Position numbers and translations under genes: made by a program
Source: a virus
Length of the DNA stretch: 64,000 nucleotides
IMG/VR virus record: IMGVR_UViG_3300026484_000436
Location: 32,001-96,000 of that record
Strand: one strand, 5' to 3'
The notes under the pieces: model-generated
Told to the model about the DNA's origin: nothing
Databases searched by the model: none
The model's input: the letters and a program-made list of their open reading frames with translations, nothing else
Shown: piece by piece, positions 1 to 9,768 of the stretch
Layout of the letters: each line of letters starts with the position of its first letter
Numbering within the stretch: position 1 is the stretch's first letter

Positions 1-435
1 AACTACTTTTATGGATTCCAAATCTCCTTCAATTGAATTTATCTTTTTTTCAACTTTATTTCTAAAATCGTCCATTTTTTGATAAAGATTCGTTATCCTA
101 TCATCAATTTTTTTGAGTTTTTTTTCGTAACTATCAAATTCATTTTTGAATTTGTCTTCCTGTATATCCTCAATTTTATCTTTAAGTTTTTTTTCATTCA
201 AGACGAATTTTTTTCTTAACTCATATCTTTCTTTATATTTATTTAAAGTGTCCTTGAGATTTCTATAATTTTCATTTAATTTTTTTATTCTTTCAATAAA
301 ATTTAATTGTAAATTTATTAAAGGAATATCTAATTTTTCATTGAGTGTTTTAAATTCATTTGAATAAAAAACAAGGTCTTGAATGTCTTTTTTATGGACA
401 TCTAAACAGGTATTAAAGGTATCAACTCTAACCAT
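1..435 (-). CDS. Partial coiled-coil protein running off the window edge (MVRVDTFNTCLDVHKK...), probably virion/fibre-associated
   Basis: ATG at 435 just after the stop of 439..864; frame stays open to base 1 by manual translation; K/E/L-rich heptads. Confidence 0.6.
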   Translation of the reverse strand, partial: MVRVDTFNTCLDVHKKDIQDLVFYSNEFKTLNEKLDIPLINLQLNFIERIKKLNENYRNLKDTLNKYKERYELRKKFVLNEKKLKDKIEDIQEDKFKNEFDSYEKKLKKIDDRITNLYQKMDDFRNKVEKKINSIEGDLESIKVV

Positions 436-438
436 TTT

Positions 439-864
439 TTACCCCTTAAATTTTGGTAACAACTCAATAAATTCTTTAACATTATCTTGGGGTTCTATAC
501 TTTTTATGATTTCTTCATAAGTTTCATAAACATTATCCACCCATTTAGAAAGTGCTTTTGCTTCTTTTTGGTATATTTTAACATTTTTACAATATAATAA
601 ATCTGCCAAATCGTCATAATCAAAGTAATTTAACACTTCTTTTATGTAATTAGACACTATTTTTGAAAATTTTCGTTTTAAAATTTCAACTTCTTCAATT
701 TCATTTTGTTTTTGGAGTTCTTCATCTAAAACTAATTTTCCATCTTTTACTTTATAATTATACCATTTTTCAGGTAAAAGGTCAACCTCAATAAAAGGTT
801 TTTTGAATAATTTTTTTTCACTTTTACTAATTATATTTCCGTTTTCATCATAATAAATTATCAT
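439..864 (-). CDS. Tail fibre assembly/chaperone-like protein
   Basis: YYDENG N-terminus and YDDLADL...EAKALSKW...LLPKF C-terminus typical of small proteins next to fibre genes. Confidence 0.55.
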   Translation of the reverse strand: MIIYYDENGNIISKSEKKLFKKPFIEVDLLPEKWYNYKVKDGKLVLDEELQKQNEIEEVEILKRKFSKIVSNYIKEVLNYFDYDDLADLLYCKNVKIYQKEAKALSKWVDNVYETYEEIIKSIEPQDNVKEFIELLPKFKG

Positions 865-2036
865 ACTATTCCTTCAATTTTCCAACCAACTATTTTTATG
901 TCAATACTTCTAACCTGAGAAATACTTCTCGAAATTCCATCATTCAATCCAGCAATATAACCATCTTTATCGTTATTTTTTTGATAAGTTTCTACATATA
1001 TTTTATCATCTGTAAAACTTAAAAACATACCTGAATTATTATCTCTATTATCATCGTCAGAATAACTTGAAAATACACCAAATTGCATAATTTCACCTGA
1101 ACTCCATCTCATATATCCAATAAAAAGTGCATTTCTACCTAATGGGTTATTTATTGAATAACCATTATTATCTATTGAATGCCATCCACTATCAAAAACA
1201 GGTTTTCCAATACCACCTGCCATTTCTTTAAGGGATTTTTGATTTCCATCATTGTGAAATATCAACTCAGGAGCATCTATTATAACTGCTGCTTTTGATT
1301 TTAAAACAGTAACATCCGAATCTCGTGATTGTGCATCATTTTCCACACCTAATATAAGTGCTGAATTTTCGTCGCTGCCATCTCCCCAATAAGCATAAGT
1401 ATTATCATCGGAAACATATTTTAGATATCCATAATCAGAACCTTCATTTGTATCTGAATCAAATTTTAAAATAGTTTCCCCATCTTTATTTTTAAAAGTC
1501 AATCCACCTGTTTCAATTTTTTTAGATTTGTCTAAATAAGGTTCTATATCATCTTTTATAGTATCTATATCGTCTTTATTGCTTTTTATATCATCTGAAT
1601 TAGAACTCACCTCATCTTTTAAATCTTTAATAGTTTCATCATAATTATCTTTAAAAGTTTTAAAATCACTTTTATTAAATTTATCTTCATCAAGTTTTTG
1701 TAATTTATCACTTAAATCTTTTAGTTTGTCATTTATCGAATTATTATCGCTTGTCGTTGAATTTATATCGTCTTGTATTTCATTTATTAAATCACGAATT
1801 TTATTTAATTCTGTTTCCACTTCTTTAAAATACTCTTCATCTGTTTTTGTTTTTATGAATGTTTCTAATTCATCTATTTTTGATTCAATATCCGTTAAAG
1901 AATAAGAAACATTAAAAACCTCATCGCCATTCACTTGATATATTTTTTTAGATTCCCCATCATAATATAACATTGACTTTAATTCTACTTTGTGAAGACT
2001 ATCACAAGTTTCTAATTCGCAAGTTTTGATAGACAT
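861..2036 (-). CDS. Tail fibre / receptor-binding protein (coiled-coil shaft, beta-rich tip)
   Basis: Coiled coil followed by a G/D/W-rich domain with FDSGW motif; adjacent to the chaperone-like gene. Confidence 0.55.
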   Translation of the reverse strand: MSIKTCELETCDSLHKVELKSMLYYDGESKKIYQVNGDEVFNVSYSLTDIESKIDELETFIKTKTDEEYFKEVETELNKIRDLINEIQDDINSTTSDNNSINDKLKDLSDKLQKLDEDKFNKSDFKTFKDNYDETIKDLKDEVSSNSDDIKSNKDDIDTIKDDIEPYLDKSKKIETGGLTFKNKDGETILKFDSDTNEGSDYGYLKYVSDDNTYAYWGDGSDENSALILGVENDAQSRDSDVTVLKSKAAVIIDAPELIFHNDGNQKSLKEMAGGIGKPVFDSGWHSIDNNGYSINNPLGRNALFIGYMRWSSGEIMQFGVFSSYSDDDNRDNNSGMFLSFTDDKIYVETYQKNNDKDGYIAGLNDGISRSISQVRSIDIKIVGWKIEGIV

Positions 2037-2308
2037 TATAATCCTTTAATTTTTTCATAATAACTACTCAGTTTATTTTGAATGTAATTATTACCTTTTT
2101 TATATTTAGATAAATCTGACAGCAATTCATTTTTTTCTTTAAAAGATTTAATTTTTTTCAAATCCTGAAATAATTTATCATAATCCAATTTTAGGTCCAT
2201 GTGTAATAATTTTGTCATAAAAGTCTCAAAATTATTTTTTTCTTTGGTATCTTCAATCTCATTTATTTTATTTTGTAATTCTAAAAAACCTTCATATATC
2301 GTTTTCAT
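2036..2308 (-). CDS. Hypothetical protein
   Basis: ORF translationally coupled to the next gene. Confidence 0.5.
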   Translation of the reverse strand: MKTIYEGFLELQNKINEIEDTKEKNNFETFMTKLLHMDLKLDYDKLFQDLKKIKSFKEKNELLSDLSKYKKGNNYIQNKLSSYYEKIKGL

Positions 2309-2325
2309 TAAAACCCTTTTTTAAA

Positions 2326-2351
2326 GTTACGGGAGTTTAAAACCCCGTAAC
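2326..2351 (-). terminator. Rho-independent terminator overlapping the stop of 2337..2696
   Basis: GTTACGGG-N10-CCCGTAAC inverted repeat followed by TTT on the minus strand. Confidence 0.6.
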
Positions 2352-2696
2352 CATTATTGAAATAATTTTACAATCTTTATAAACCTTTTTCGGGTGTAGT
2401 GTAGATTTTTGTAATCTAGGTCTTTCACTTTGTGGTTCGATACCTGGATTATTTAAAGAATCACCCAATGGCGAACCTTCATCAGTACTTGTATTGTCAT
2501 CTCCAACAGGAACCCCACTTGAAAAATCACCTAATGGCGAACTCTCACCTGTATTTGTGGTATCGCTATTTGTATTATCTGTCATATCATTTTCAGCAGG
2601 AGTACTACCTGTATTTGTAAAATCATTTTCAGCAGGAACCCCATTTGTACTATTGTCATTCGTATCTTCTAAAGGTGTTTCATTTTCTTCCATCAT
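2337..2696 (-). CDS. Acidic low-complexity protein with PAEND/SPLGD repeats and a terminal beta-strand (DCKIISIMVTGF)
   Basis: AAGGA RBS and TTAAATA motif upstream. Confidence 0.6.
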   Translation of the reverse strand: MMEENETPLEDTNDNSTNGVPAENDFTNTGSTPAENDMTDNTNSDTTNTGESSPLGDFSSGVPVGDDNTSTDEGSPLGDSLNNPGIEPQSERPRLQKSTLHPKKVYKDCKIISIMVTGF

Positions 2697-2719
2697 TTTA
2701 TCCTTTTTTTATTTAATAA

Positions 2720-2747
2720 AAAATCAAGGTTTAAAATCCTTGATTTT
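2720..2747 (-). terminator. Rho-independent terminator overlapping the stop of the long fibre gene
   Basis: AAAATCAAGG-N8-CCTTGATTTT hairpin with a T-run on the minus strand. Confidence 0.65.
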
Positions 2748-5700
2748 CTCGCCCAATTGGTGTGTTTTGTCTATTTGAACTAAATGATTCATCTTGTGTT
2801 ATAAAAGTATTTACTATTCCAACATTCGCAACTTCAAAACCATCTTCATATAAAGGCGAATTTAATTTAGTTGAATGAACTCCACTTGCTTCTTCATTGT
2901 CGAAGTTTCCATTCCCTACAACCATTGGGATATAACCATCTTTTACTTCTTCTTCGAAATAAATTCTGTATTTACCAACTGAAATTCTTTTGACACCTTT
3001 AATCCCATAACCTTTTATGATAGAACACCACCCGTCTTCATCATAATTCGTTCCATCAAAAACAACAGCAATTTTATTGAATCTTAGATCTGTTTTTTCT
3101 ACTTTAACATTATCCAATCTTTTTTCTTCGGCAGTTGCTCTTGAAATTTCATTATCAAGTTTCGCATCAATTTCGTTTTCTCTTTGAGTTGCTCTATTGA
3201 TTTCATCTGATAAATCTTCGTTGATTTGATTTTCAACTCTTTGTGCTCTATCTGATTCTTCTTCAAGTGAAACTCTCAATTTGTTTTCTTCGTCAATTGC
3301 TCTACTTCTTTCAACTGATATTTCATTTGACAACTCATTTTCTCTTTGAGTTGCTCTTGAAGTTTCATTTGAAATTTCATCTTCTAATTCGTCTTCTTTT
3401 GAAGTCGCTCTATTTATTTCATCGTCAAGTCTTTTATCAAGTACATTAACCTCATTAACAATTTCTGTTTCTTTTGTAGTCGCTCTATTAACTTCATTGT
3501 TTATCTGAATTTGTAAATCTTCATCTTTTGTTTTTGCTCTATTTATTTCATCATAAAGATTTGATTTGATATTTTCTTCTTCGGCAGTCGCTCTATTAAC
3601 TTCGTCATCTACTTTCTTTTCAATTAAATCTTCTTTCGAAGTTGCTCTATTAACTTCGTCTTCAATTTTTGAATTTAATTCATCATCTTTTGAAATACTT
3701 CTATTGATTTCATTTGAAATTTTATCTTCTAAGTCATTTTCTTTTGAAACTGCTCTATTAACTTCGTCTTCAATTTTTGAATTTAATCTTATATCTTCAT
3801 CGATTGCTCTACTAACTTCATTTGAAATTTTATCTTCTAGGTCATTTTCTTTTGAAACTGCTCTATTTGATTCATCATCGATTTTTGAATTCAATTCATC
3901 ATCTTTTGAAATACTTCTATTGATTTCATTTGAAATTTTATCTTCTAAATCGTTTTCTTTTGAAACTGCTCTATTTGATTCATCATCGATTTTTGAATTC
4001 AATTCATCATCTTTTGAAATACTTCTATTTATTTCATTTGAAATTTTATCTTCTAAGTCATTTTCTTTTGAAACTGCTCTATTAACTTCGTCTTCAATTT
4101 TTGAATTCAATTCATCATCTTTTGAAAAACTTCTATTGATTTCATTTGAAATTTTATCTTCTAAATCATTTTCTTTTGTAACTGCTCTATTGATTTCATC
4201 ATCGATTTTTGAATTTAATTCATCATCTTTTGAAATACTTCTATTGATTTCATTTGAAATTTTATCTTCTAAATCGTTTTCTTTTGAAGTTGCTCTATTT
4301 GTTTCATCATCAATTTTTGAATTTAATCTTGTATCTTCATCAACTGCTCTATTTACTTCATTTGAAATTTTATCTTCTAAATCGTTTTCTTTTGAAGTTG
4401 CTCTATTTGTTTCATCATCGATTTTTGAATTTAATCTTGTATCTTCATCAACTGCTCTATTGATTTCATTTGAAATTTTATCTTCTAAATCGTTTTCTTT
4501 CGAAGTTGCTCTATTTGTTTCATCATCGATTTTTGAATTTAATCTCGTATCTTCATCAACTGCTCTATTGATTTCATTTGAAATTTTATCTTCTAAATCA
4601 TTTTCTTTTGAAACTGCTCTATTAATTTCATCATTTATAGAAGTTTCAAGTTTATTATCTATATCCGTTGCCCTTATAATTTCATTTGATAATTTTTCAT
4701 CAATGTTATCTTCTTTTGAAACTGCTCTATTAACTTCGTCTTCAATTTTTGAATTTAATTCATCATCTTTTGAAATACTTCTATTTATTTCATTTGAAAT
4801 TTTATCTTCTAAGTCATTTTCTTTTGAAACTGCTCTATTGATTTCATCATTTATAGAAGTTTCAAGTTTATTATCAATTTCAATTGCTCTATTAACTTCA
4901 TCATCTACTTTCTTTTCAATTAAATCTTCTTTCGAAGTTGCTCTATTAACTTCGTCTTCAATTTTTGAATTCAATTCATCATCTTTTGAAATACTTCTAT
5001 TTATTTCATTGTCAAGTTTTTCGCTAATACTTCTTTCTGTAGAAATTGCTCTATTTTTTTCATCTTCGATATTTGATTTTAACGAAGTATCAGTTGATAT
5101 TGCTCTATTTTTTTCGTTTTTTAAATCTTCGGATAAAGTTTCCATTTTTGAATTTAATCTTGTATCTTCATCAACTGCTCTACTAATTTCATTTGAAATT
5201 TTATCTTCTAAATCATTTTCTTTTGTAACTGCTCTATTGATTTCATCATTTATAGAAGTTTCAAGTTTATTATCAACATCTATTGCTCTATTAACTTCGT
5301 CATCTACTTTCTTTTCAATTAAATCTTCTTTTGAAACTGCTCTATTAACTTCGTCTTCAATTTTTGAATTTAATTCATCATCTTTTGAAATACTTCTATT
5401 AACTTCGTCATCTACTTTCTTTTCAATTAAATCTTCTTTCGAAGTTGCTCTATTGATTTCATCTGAAATTTTGTTTTCAAGTTTAGTATCAATTTCAATT
5501 GCTCTATTAACTTCGTCATCTACTTTCTTTTCAATTAAATCTTCTTTTGAAACTGCTCTATTAACTTCATCTTCAATTTTTGAATTTAATTCGTCATCTT
5601 TTGAAATACTTCTACTAACTTCATTTGAAATTTTATCTTCTAAATCATTTTCTTTCGAAGTTGCTCTATTTATTTCATTTGAAATTTTTGAATTTAATTC

Positions 5701-7314
5701 ATCATCTTTTGAAATACTTCTATTAACTTCATCATCTACTTTCTTTTCAATTAAATCTTCTTTCGAAGTTGCTCTATTGATTTCATCTGAAATTTTATTT
5801 TCAAGTTTATTATCAATTTCAATTGCTCTATTAACTTCGTCATCTACTTTCTTTTCAATTAAATCTTCTTTCGAAGTTGCTCTATTGATTTCATCATTTA
5901 TAGAAGTTTCAAGTTTATTATCAATTTCAATTGCTCTATTAACTTCATCATCTACTTTCTTTTCAATTAAATCTTCTTTCGAAGTTGCTCTATTGATTTC
6001 ATCTGAAATTTTGTTTTCAAGTTTAGTATCAGCATCTATTGCTCTATTTACTTCATTTGAAATTTTATCTTCTAAATCATTTTCTTTCGAAGTTGCTCTA
6101 TTGATTTCATCATTTATAGAAGTTTCAAGTTTATTATCGACATCTATCGCTCTATTAACTTCACTATCTAATTTATTAGATATATCTGAAACATTTTCCC
6201 TAATAGAAGTTTCCTCTGCCACTGCTCTATCTTTTTCCGAATTTACTTTATCTTCTACAGATTTTGTATAAGCATTTGCTTCACTTATAGACGAATCCAA
6301 TTTATTATCTGCATCTACTGCTCTTGTAATTTCATCATTTAATTTCGCAACAGTCGTATCTAATTTACTTTTATTTTCTGAAATTTTATTAGATAAATCA
6401 TTTTCGGCAGTTTGTGCTCTTGTTTGTTCTGATGTAAGTTTTTGTCCTAAATCATCAAATCTATTTTGAGTATCTGTTTTTATAGTATCCACAGAACCAT
6501 TCAAGTAACTTATATCTTTAGAATTTTCATCGACTCTTGTATCAATATCTTTATTGAAAATATCAATTGAATTGACCCTATTTGTTACATTTTTAACATT
6601 ATCATCTATCGAATCCGTTTTATCTTTAAGTGATATAATTTCATTTTGAGAGTTTGATATATTACTTTTTAAAGTTTCAATTTTACCAACTAATTCGGTA
6701 TCTTTTTCAGTCGCTCTATTTATTTCAACTTGTAAATCACTTGACAAATCTTGATATTTATGGTTCAATAAATCCACTTTACCATTCACAAAATCTTCTG
6801 AAGCACTTTGATTTATTTCATCTTGTAATCTTGCTGTAACATCACTCACAGATTTATTAACAATATCGATTTTAGTTTCCAAAAGAGATTTATCTGCTTT
6901 TTGTGAAATTTTACCATCTACATCTGCTTTTGTATAAATATCGTTCATATTCGCTTTTAGATTAAGTTTTCCTTCGTAATCCGTAATAACTTTTTCAAGT
7001 TTTTGCTCATAAATTGATAATGTATTATTTAGAGTTGTAGAATCTACTTTTTGAGATAAAAATCTATCTATATCATTTTTACAATATATATCTGCAACAT
7101 TTGCTTTAACATTTAAAGAGTCCGTCAAATTTGTTTTTGTTACGGCATTTTCTTGAAGTGAAGAAACAACTGCTGATAAATCATTTATTCTTGTGCTATT
7201 GACATTTATTGTATTTATATAGTCGTTTAAATTCATTTTAGTAAGGATATCTGATATATTTAGGACCTGATTTGTTCCATAAATAATAGTATCCGCCTTA
7301 ATAGTTCCATACAT
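2731..7314 (-). CDS. Long coiled-coil fibre protein (1527 aa) with an 18-aa repeat shaft and a C-terminal beta domain
   Basis: Dozens of E(I/V)NRA-x-x-K-E-x-x-L-x-x-K-I repeats; C-terminal AVVFDGT...GKYRIYF domain; AAGGA RBS and TTAAATA at 7343-7349. Confidence 0.75.
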   Translation of the reverse strand: MYGTIKADTIIYGTNQVLNISDILTKMNLNDYINTINVNSTRINDLSAVVSSLQENAVTKTNLTDSLNVKANVADIYCKNDIDRFLSQKVDSTTLNNTLSIYEQKLEKVITDYEGKLNLKANMNDIYTKADVDGKISQKADKSLLETKIDIVNKSVSDVTARLQDEINQSASEDFVNGKVDLLNHKYQDLSSDLQVEINRATEKDTELVGKIETLKSNISNSQNEIISLKDKTDSIDDNVKNVTNRVNSIDIFNKDIDTRVDENSKDISYLNGSVDTIKTDTQNRFDDLGQKLTSEQTRAQTAENDLSNKISENKSKLDTTVAKLNDEITRAVDADNKLDSSISEANAYTKSVEDKVNSEKDRAVAEETSIRENVSDISNKLDSEVNRAIDVDNKLETSINDEINRATSKENDLEDKISNEVNRAIDADTKLENKISDEINRATSKEDLIEKKVDDEVNRAIEIDNKLETSINDEINRATSKEDLIEKKVDDEVNRAIEIDNKLENKISDEINRATSKEDLIEKKVDDEVNRSISKDDELNSKISNEINRATSKENDLEDKISNEVSRSISKDDELNSKIEDEVNRAVSKEDLIEKKVDDEVNRAIEIDTKLENKISDEINRATSKEDLIEKKVDDEVNRSISKDDELNSKIEDEVNRAVSKEDLIEKKVDDEVNRAIDVDNKLETSINDEINRAVTKENDLEDKISNEISRAVDEDTRLNSKMETLSEDLKNEKNRAISTDTSLKSNIEDEKNRAISTERSISEKLDNEINRSISKDDELNSKIEDEVNRATSKEDLIEKKVDDEVNRAIEIDNKLETSINDEINRAVSKENDLEDKISNEINRSISKDDELNSKIEDEVNRAVSKEDNIDEKLSNEIIRATDIDNKLETSINDEINRAVSKENDLEDKISNEINRAVDEDTRLNSKIDDETNRATSKENDLEDKISNEINRAVDEDTRLNSKIDDETNRATSKENDLEDKISNEVNRAVDEDTRLNSKIDDETNRATSKENDLEDKISNEINRSISKDDELNSKIDDEINRAVTKENDLEDKISNEINRSFSKDDELNSKIEDEVNRAVSKENDLEDKISNEINRSISKDDELNSKIDDESNRAVSKENDLEDKISNEINRSISKDDELNSKIDDESNRAVSKENDLEDKISNEVSRAIDEDIRLNSKIEDEVNRAVSKENDLEDKISNEINRSISKDDELNSKIEDEVNRATSKEDLIEKKVDDEVNRATAEEENIKSNLYDEINRAKTKDEDLQIQINNEVNRATTKETEIVNEVNVLDKRLDDEINRATSKEDELEDEISNETSRATQRENELSNEISVERSRAIDEENKLRVSLEEESDRAQRVENQINEDLSDEINRATQRENEIDAKLDNEISRATAEEKRLDNVKVEKTDLRFNKIAVVFDGTNYDEDGWCSIIKGYGIKGVKRISVGKYRIYFEEEVKDGYIPMVVGNGNFDNEEASGVHSTKLNSPLYEDGFEVANVGIVNTFITQDESFSSNRQNTPIGRENQGF
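3120..6440 (-). repeat. Coding tandem array of degenerate 54-bp units
   Basis: gctctatt / aatacttctatt cores recur every 54 nt; boundaries approximate. Confidence 0.9.
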
Positions 7315-7359
7315 TAAGCATCCTTTTTGTTATCTTTTAAATTATTTAATTTTTTAGTT

Positions 7360-7620
7360 TTAAACTACACTTAAAGTGCTTCCCTTAGGTATTTCAAGTG
7401 TAGTTCCACTCTCAATTTCAAAAGGTCCTCCAACGATAGAATTATGCCCATCTTGGATTTTATAATCATTCGTCAATTTGTTTATGTTCTGTTTTAAGTA
7501 ACTTTTAGCATCTATTTCATCTTTCGTATAATAAATATCATCGTGTTTATGAGTATCTAAAAGTGTAAATAATTGCTTTATTCTTTCTATAATATAATCT
7601 ATTAAAATAAAATTTTTCAT
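7360..7620 (-). CDS. Small fibre adaptor protein
   Basis: C-terminal NSIVGGPFEIESGTTLEIPKGSTLSVV resembles the end motif of many phage fibre proteins. Confidence 0.5.
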   Translation of the reverse strand: MKNFILIDYIIERIKQLFTLLDTHKHDDIYYTKDEIDAKSYLKQNINKLTNDYKIQDGHNSIVGGPFEIESGTTLEIPKGSTLSVV

Positions 7621-7630
7621 ATAAAATCCT

Positions 7631-8152
7631 TTAAAAATTTGAATTACTAAATGAAATTATTGAATCATTTTTAACATTTATTTCATCTATCGCTAATAAG
7701 TTATCTTTATAATAGTAATTTATTTTTGAAGGAAAATAATTTACATATTCATCAAGGTAATTGAAATTTATATAATCTATTGTCATATAATACCCATTTT
7801 CGAACTCAATTCTATAAATATCGTTATTTTTGTTTCTTAAAATTTCGATAGACTTCATAAATTGAAATTGAGTAACTTTATTATAAATTTCTAAAAGCAT
7901 TTTTTTATAATGCTCAATTTCTGCCTTTAATTTTTCAATTTCTGTTTTAACCATTTCTTCAATATCATTTTTTGTATTCTCTAAATCAACCATTACCTTA
8001 TTTTCAAGGTCCGAAATTTTATCGTTTATCAATGAAATAAGATCCTCAGGTGAAGTACCATTTGATAGAGTATTTTTTAAATTTATAATTTCTTGTATTG
8101 TAATTGTTTGTCCCGATTGACAATCTTTCAAAAAATCTGTTTTAATTGACAT
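7631..8152 (-). CDS. Putative virion structural protein (coiled coil)
   Basis: MSIKT N-terminus shared with 861..2036; lies in the fibre cluster. Confidence 0.45.
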   Translation of the reverse strand: MSIKTDFLKDCQSGQTITIQEIINLKNTLSNGTSPEDLISLINDKISDLENKVMVDLENTKNDIEEMVKTEIEKLKAEIEHYKKMLLEIYNKVTQFQFMKSIEILRNKNNDIYRIEFENGYYMTIDYINFNYLDEYVNYFPSKINYYYKDNLLAIDEINVKNDSIISFSNSNF

Positions 8153-8163
8153 TTTAATTTCCT

Positions 8164-8712
8164 TTATTTAAAAATCAAAAGAGTTAAATCCAAGGGGTGC
8201 TCTTTTAAATTCAATAATTGTTTATTTTCAGCAAAGGCACTGGCATCATAAATATATATTTTGTTTCCATCGACCCTTAACTCTGCCATTTCTTCATCTG
8301 TTTCAGCAACTATAAAAATACAATCATTTTCATAAATAAAGGGATTTTCTTGGGGTTCCACCGAAATTTTTTCATAACTTGAAGAATCAATTTTTTCGAT
8401 TACTTCATCTATCAATTTCTTTTTAATAAAAACAGTTATCACACCTTCAACTTCGGTGCCGTCTTCACAAACCCATTTATTACTTATTTCCCGTTCTTTT
8501 GTCGCTGTATCACAAAAAACTTTCCAACTTGAAGAATTTCTACTATCAAATAAATCTGCATAATATGCTACTTTATAATTTCCTTCTTCATCTTTATTCT
8601 CATCACTTTCTTGACGGGAATTTACCCATTTTTTTGTCCATTTTATAGCAGCATCCGTTGAAATTGTCGATTTTCCTCTAATTAAAACTTCTAATTTTTG
8701 TAATGCCAACAT
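8164..8712 (-). CDS. Hypothetical late protein
   Basis: GAGGA RBS and TTAAATA at 8737-8743. Confidence 0.5.
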   Translation of the reverse strand: MLALQKLEVLIRGKSTISTDAAIKWTKKWVNSRQESDENKDEEGNYKVAYYADLFDSRNSSSWKVFCDTATKEREISNKWVCEDGTEVEGVITVFIKKKLIDEVIEKIDSSSYEKISVEPQENPFIYENDCIFIVAETDEEMAELRVDGNKIYIYDASAFAENKQLLNLKEHPLDLTLLIFK

Positions 8713-8808
8713 CTTAATAACTTCCTCTTTTAAAGTTATTTAAAGTATTTTTCATTTTAAAACAATCAGAATATAGATAATTTTAAAATAAAAAAGGAGG
8801 AGAACTCA

Positions 8809-9693
8809 TTAAAGAGTTGCTGCATCCCCAGATTCATTTGTGTCTGCTTCAGCATTAACATTCATAACTGAATTAAAAGCATCTGCAAAACTTTTTGCGA
8901 TTGCTGCTGGGTCGATTGTTAAAACACTTGAAGTAACATTTTCGTTCGCTTTTTGAACTGCCATTTCTATTGCTTCACTTTTTACCTGAGCAACTTGATT
9001 GTCAATTACTGTTTGGAATTCTGATTTTGCATTTTCAATTAAACTTAAAATTTTTGTGCTTGAAAAAGTTTTTGCTGCATCAATAGCAGAATCATCAATT
9101 TCAGTTTTTGATTCAATTTTACCTTGAACTTCTTTAATAAGTGATTCAATTTTCGCACTTGAAAATACACCTTTTCCAGAAGCAACACTATCATCAATTT
9201 TTAAAAGTGAATTTTTTACTGCTTCTATTTCTGTTTTATTTGCTTCAATAGAATTAGTAACTTCACTTATTTTGCTTGTGATTTCTTGAGTTTTTGCATC
9301 TACAACTTCGTTAATTTTACCTTCGATTGATGCTTCTAAATCAGCAATTGTTTTATTTGTGCTTGCTAATTTTTCTGTAACTTCATCAATTCTACCACCT
9401 AATTCTTTGAATGAACCTGTAAGTGTTTCAATTGCTTTTTTGTTATCTGTTAAAATACCAATGATATTTTCAACACTAAATTCGCTATCTTCATCTCCAT
9501 CTAACACTTTTGAAATCGTATTAATTTTTGCGATTACATCATTAATGTCTGCTTTTGATAATGCTTCAATGTTAGCAATTTGGTCTTGGATTGAACCTAA
9601 TTCTTGTTTAACTGCTGTTGCTGTTGCTGTCCCTAATTGAGCAGCAATCATTTCAAGTAATTTTTCTTGTGTTTCATAAGTTTGAACTGCCAT
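8809..9693 (-). CDS. Coiled-coil virion protein (fibritin/whisker-like)
   Basis: Heptad-rich; FSS(A/T)KI motifs; late motif at 9748-9754. Confidence 0.5.
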   Translation of the reverse strand: MAVQTYETQEKLLEMIAAQLGTATATAVKQELGSIQDQIANIEALSKADINDVIAKINTISKVLDGDEDSEFSVENIIGILTDNKKAIETLTGSFKELGGRIDEVTEKLASTNKTIADLEASIEGKINEVVDAKTQEITSKISEVTNSIEANKTEIEAVKNSLLKIDDSVASGKGVFSSAKIESLIKEVQGKIESKTEIDDSAIDAAKTFSSTKILSLIENAKSEFQTVIDNQVAQVKSEAIEMAVQKANENVTSSVLTIDPAAIAKSFADAFNSVMNVNAEADTNESGDAATL

Positions 9694-9716
9694 TTAATAT
9701 CCTTTTTTTGTAATAT

Positions 9717-9740
9717 GGGACGATTTTTTAAAATCGTCCC
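9717..9740. terminator. GC-clamped hairpin in the leader of 8809..9693
   Basis: GGGACGATTT...AAATCGTCCC inverted repeat. Confidence 0.5.
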
Positions 9741-9768
9741 TCAATTGTATTTAATTTTTAAAGATTTT

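Noticed and set aside
3566-6271. 901-aa plus-strand ORF
   Set aside because: Antisense shadow of the repeat fibre gene: S/F/L/I-rich with no RBS, and open only because the repeats lack antisense stops
3120-6440. Possible CRISPR array
   Set aside because: Units are contiguous, in frame and degenerate with no unique spacers; they encode a protein repeat
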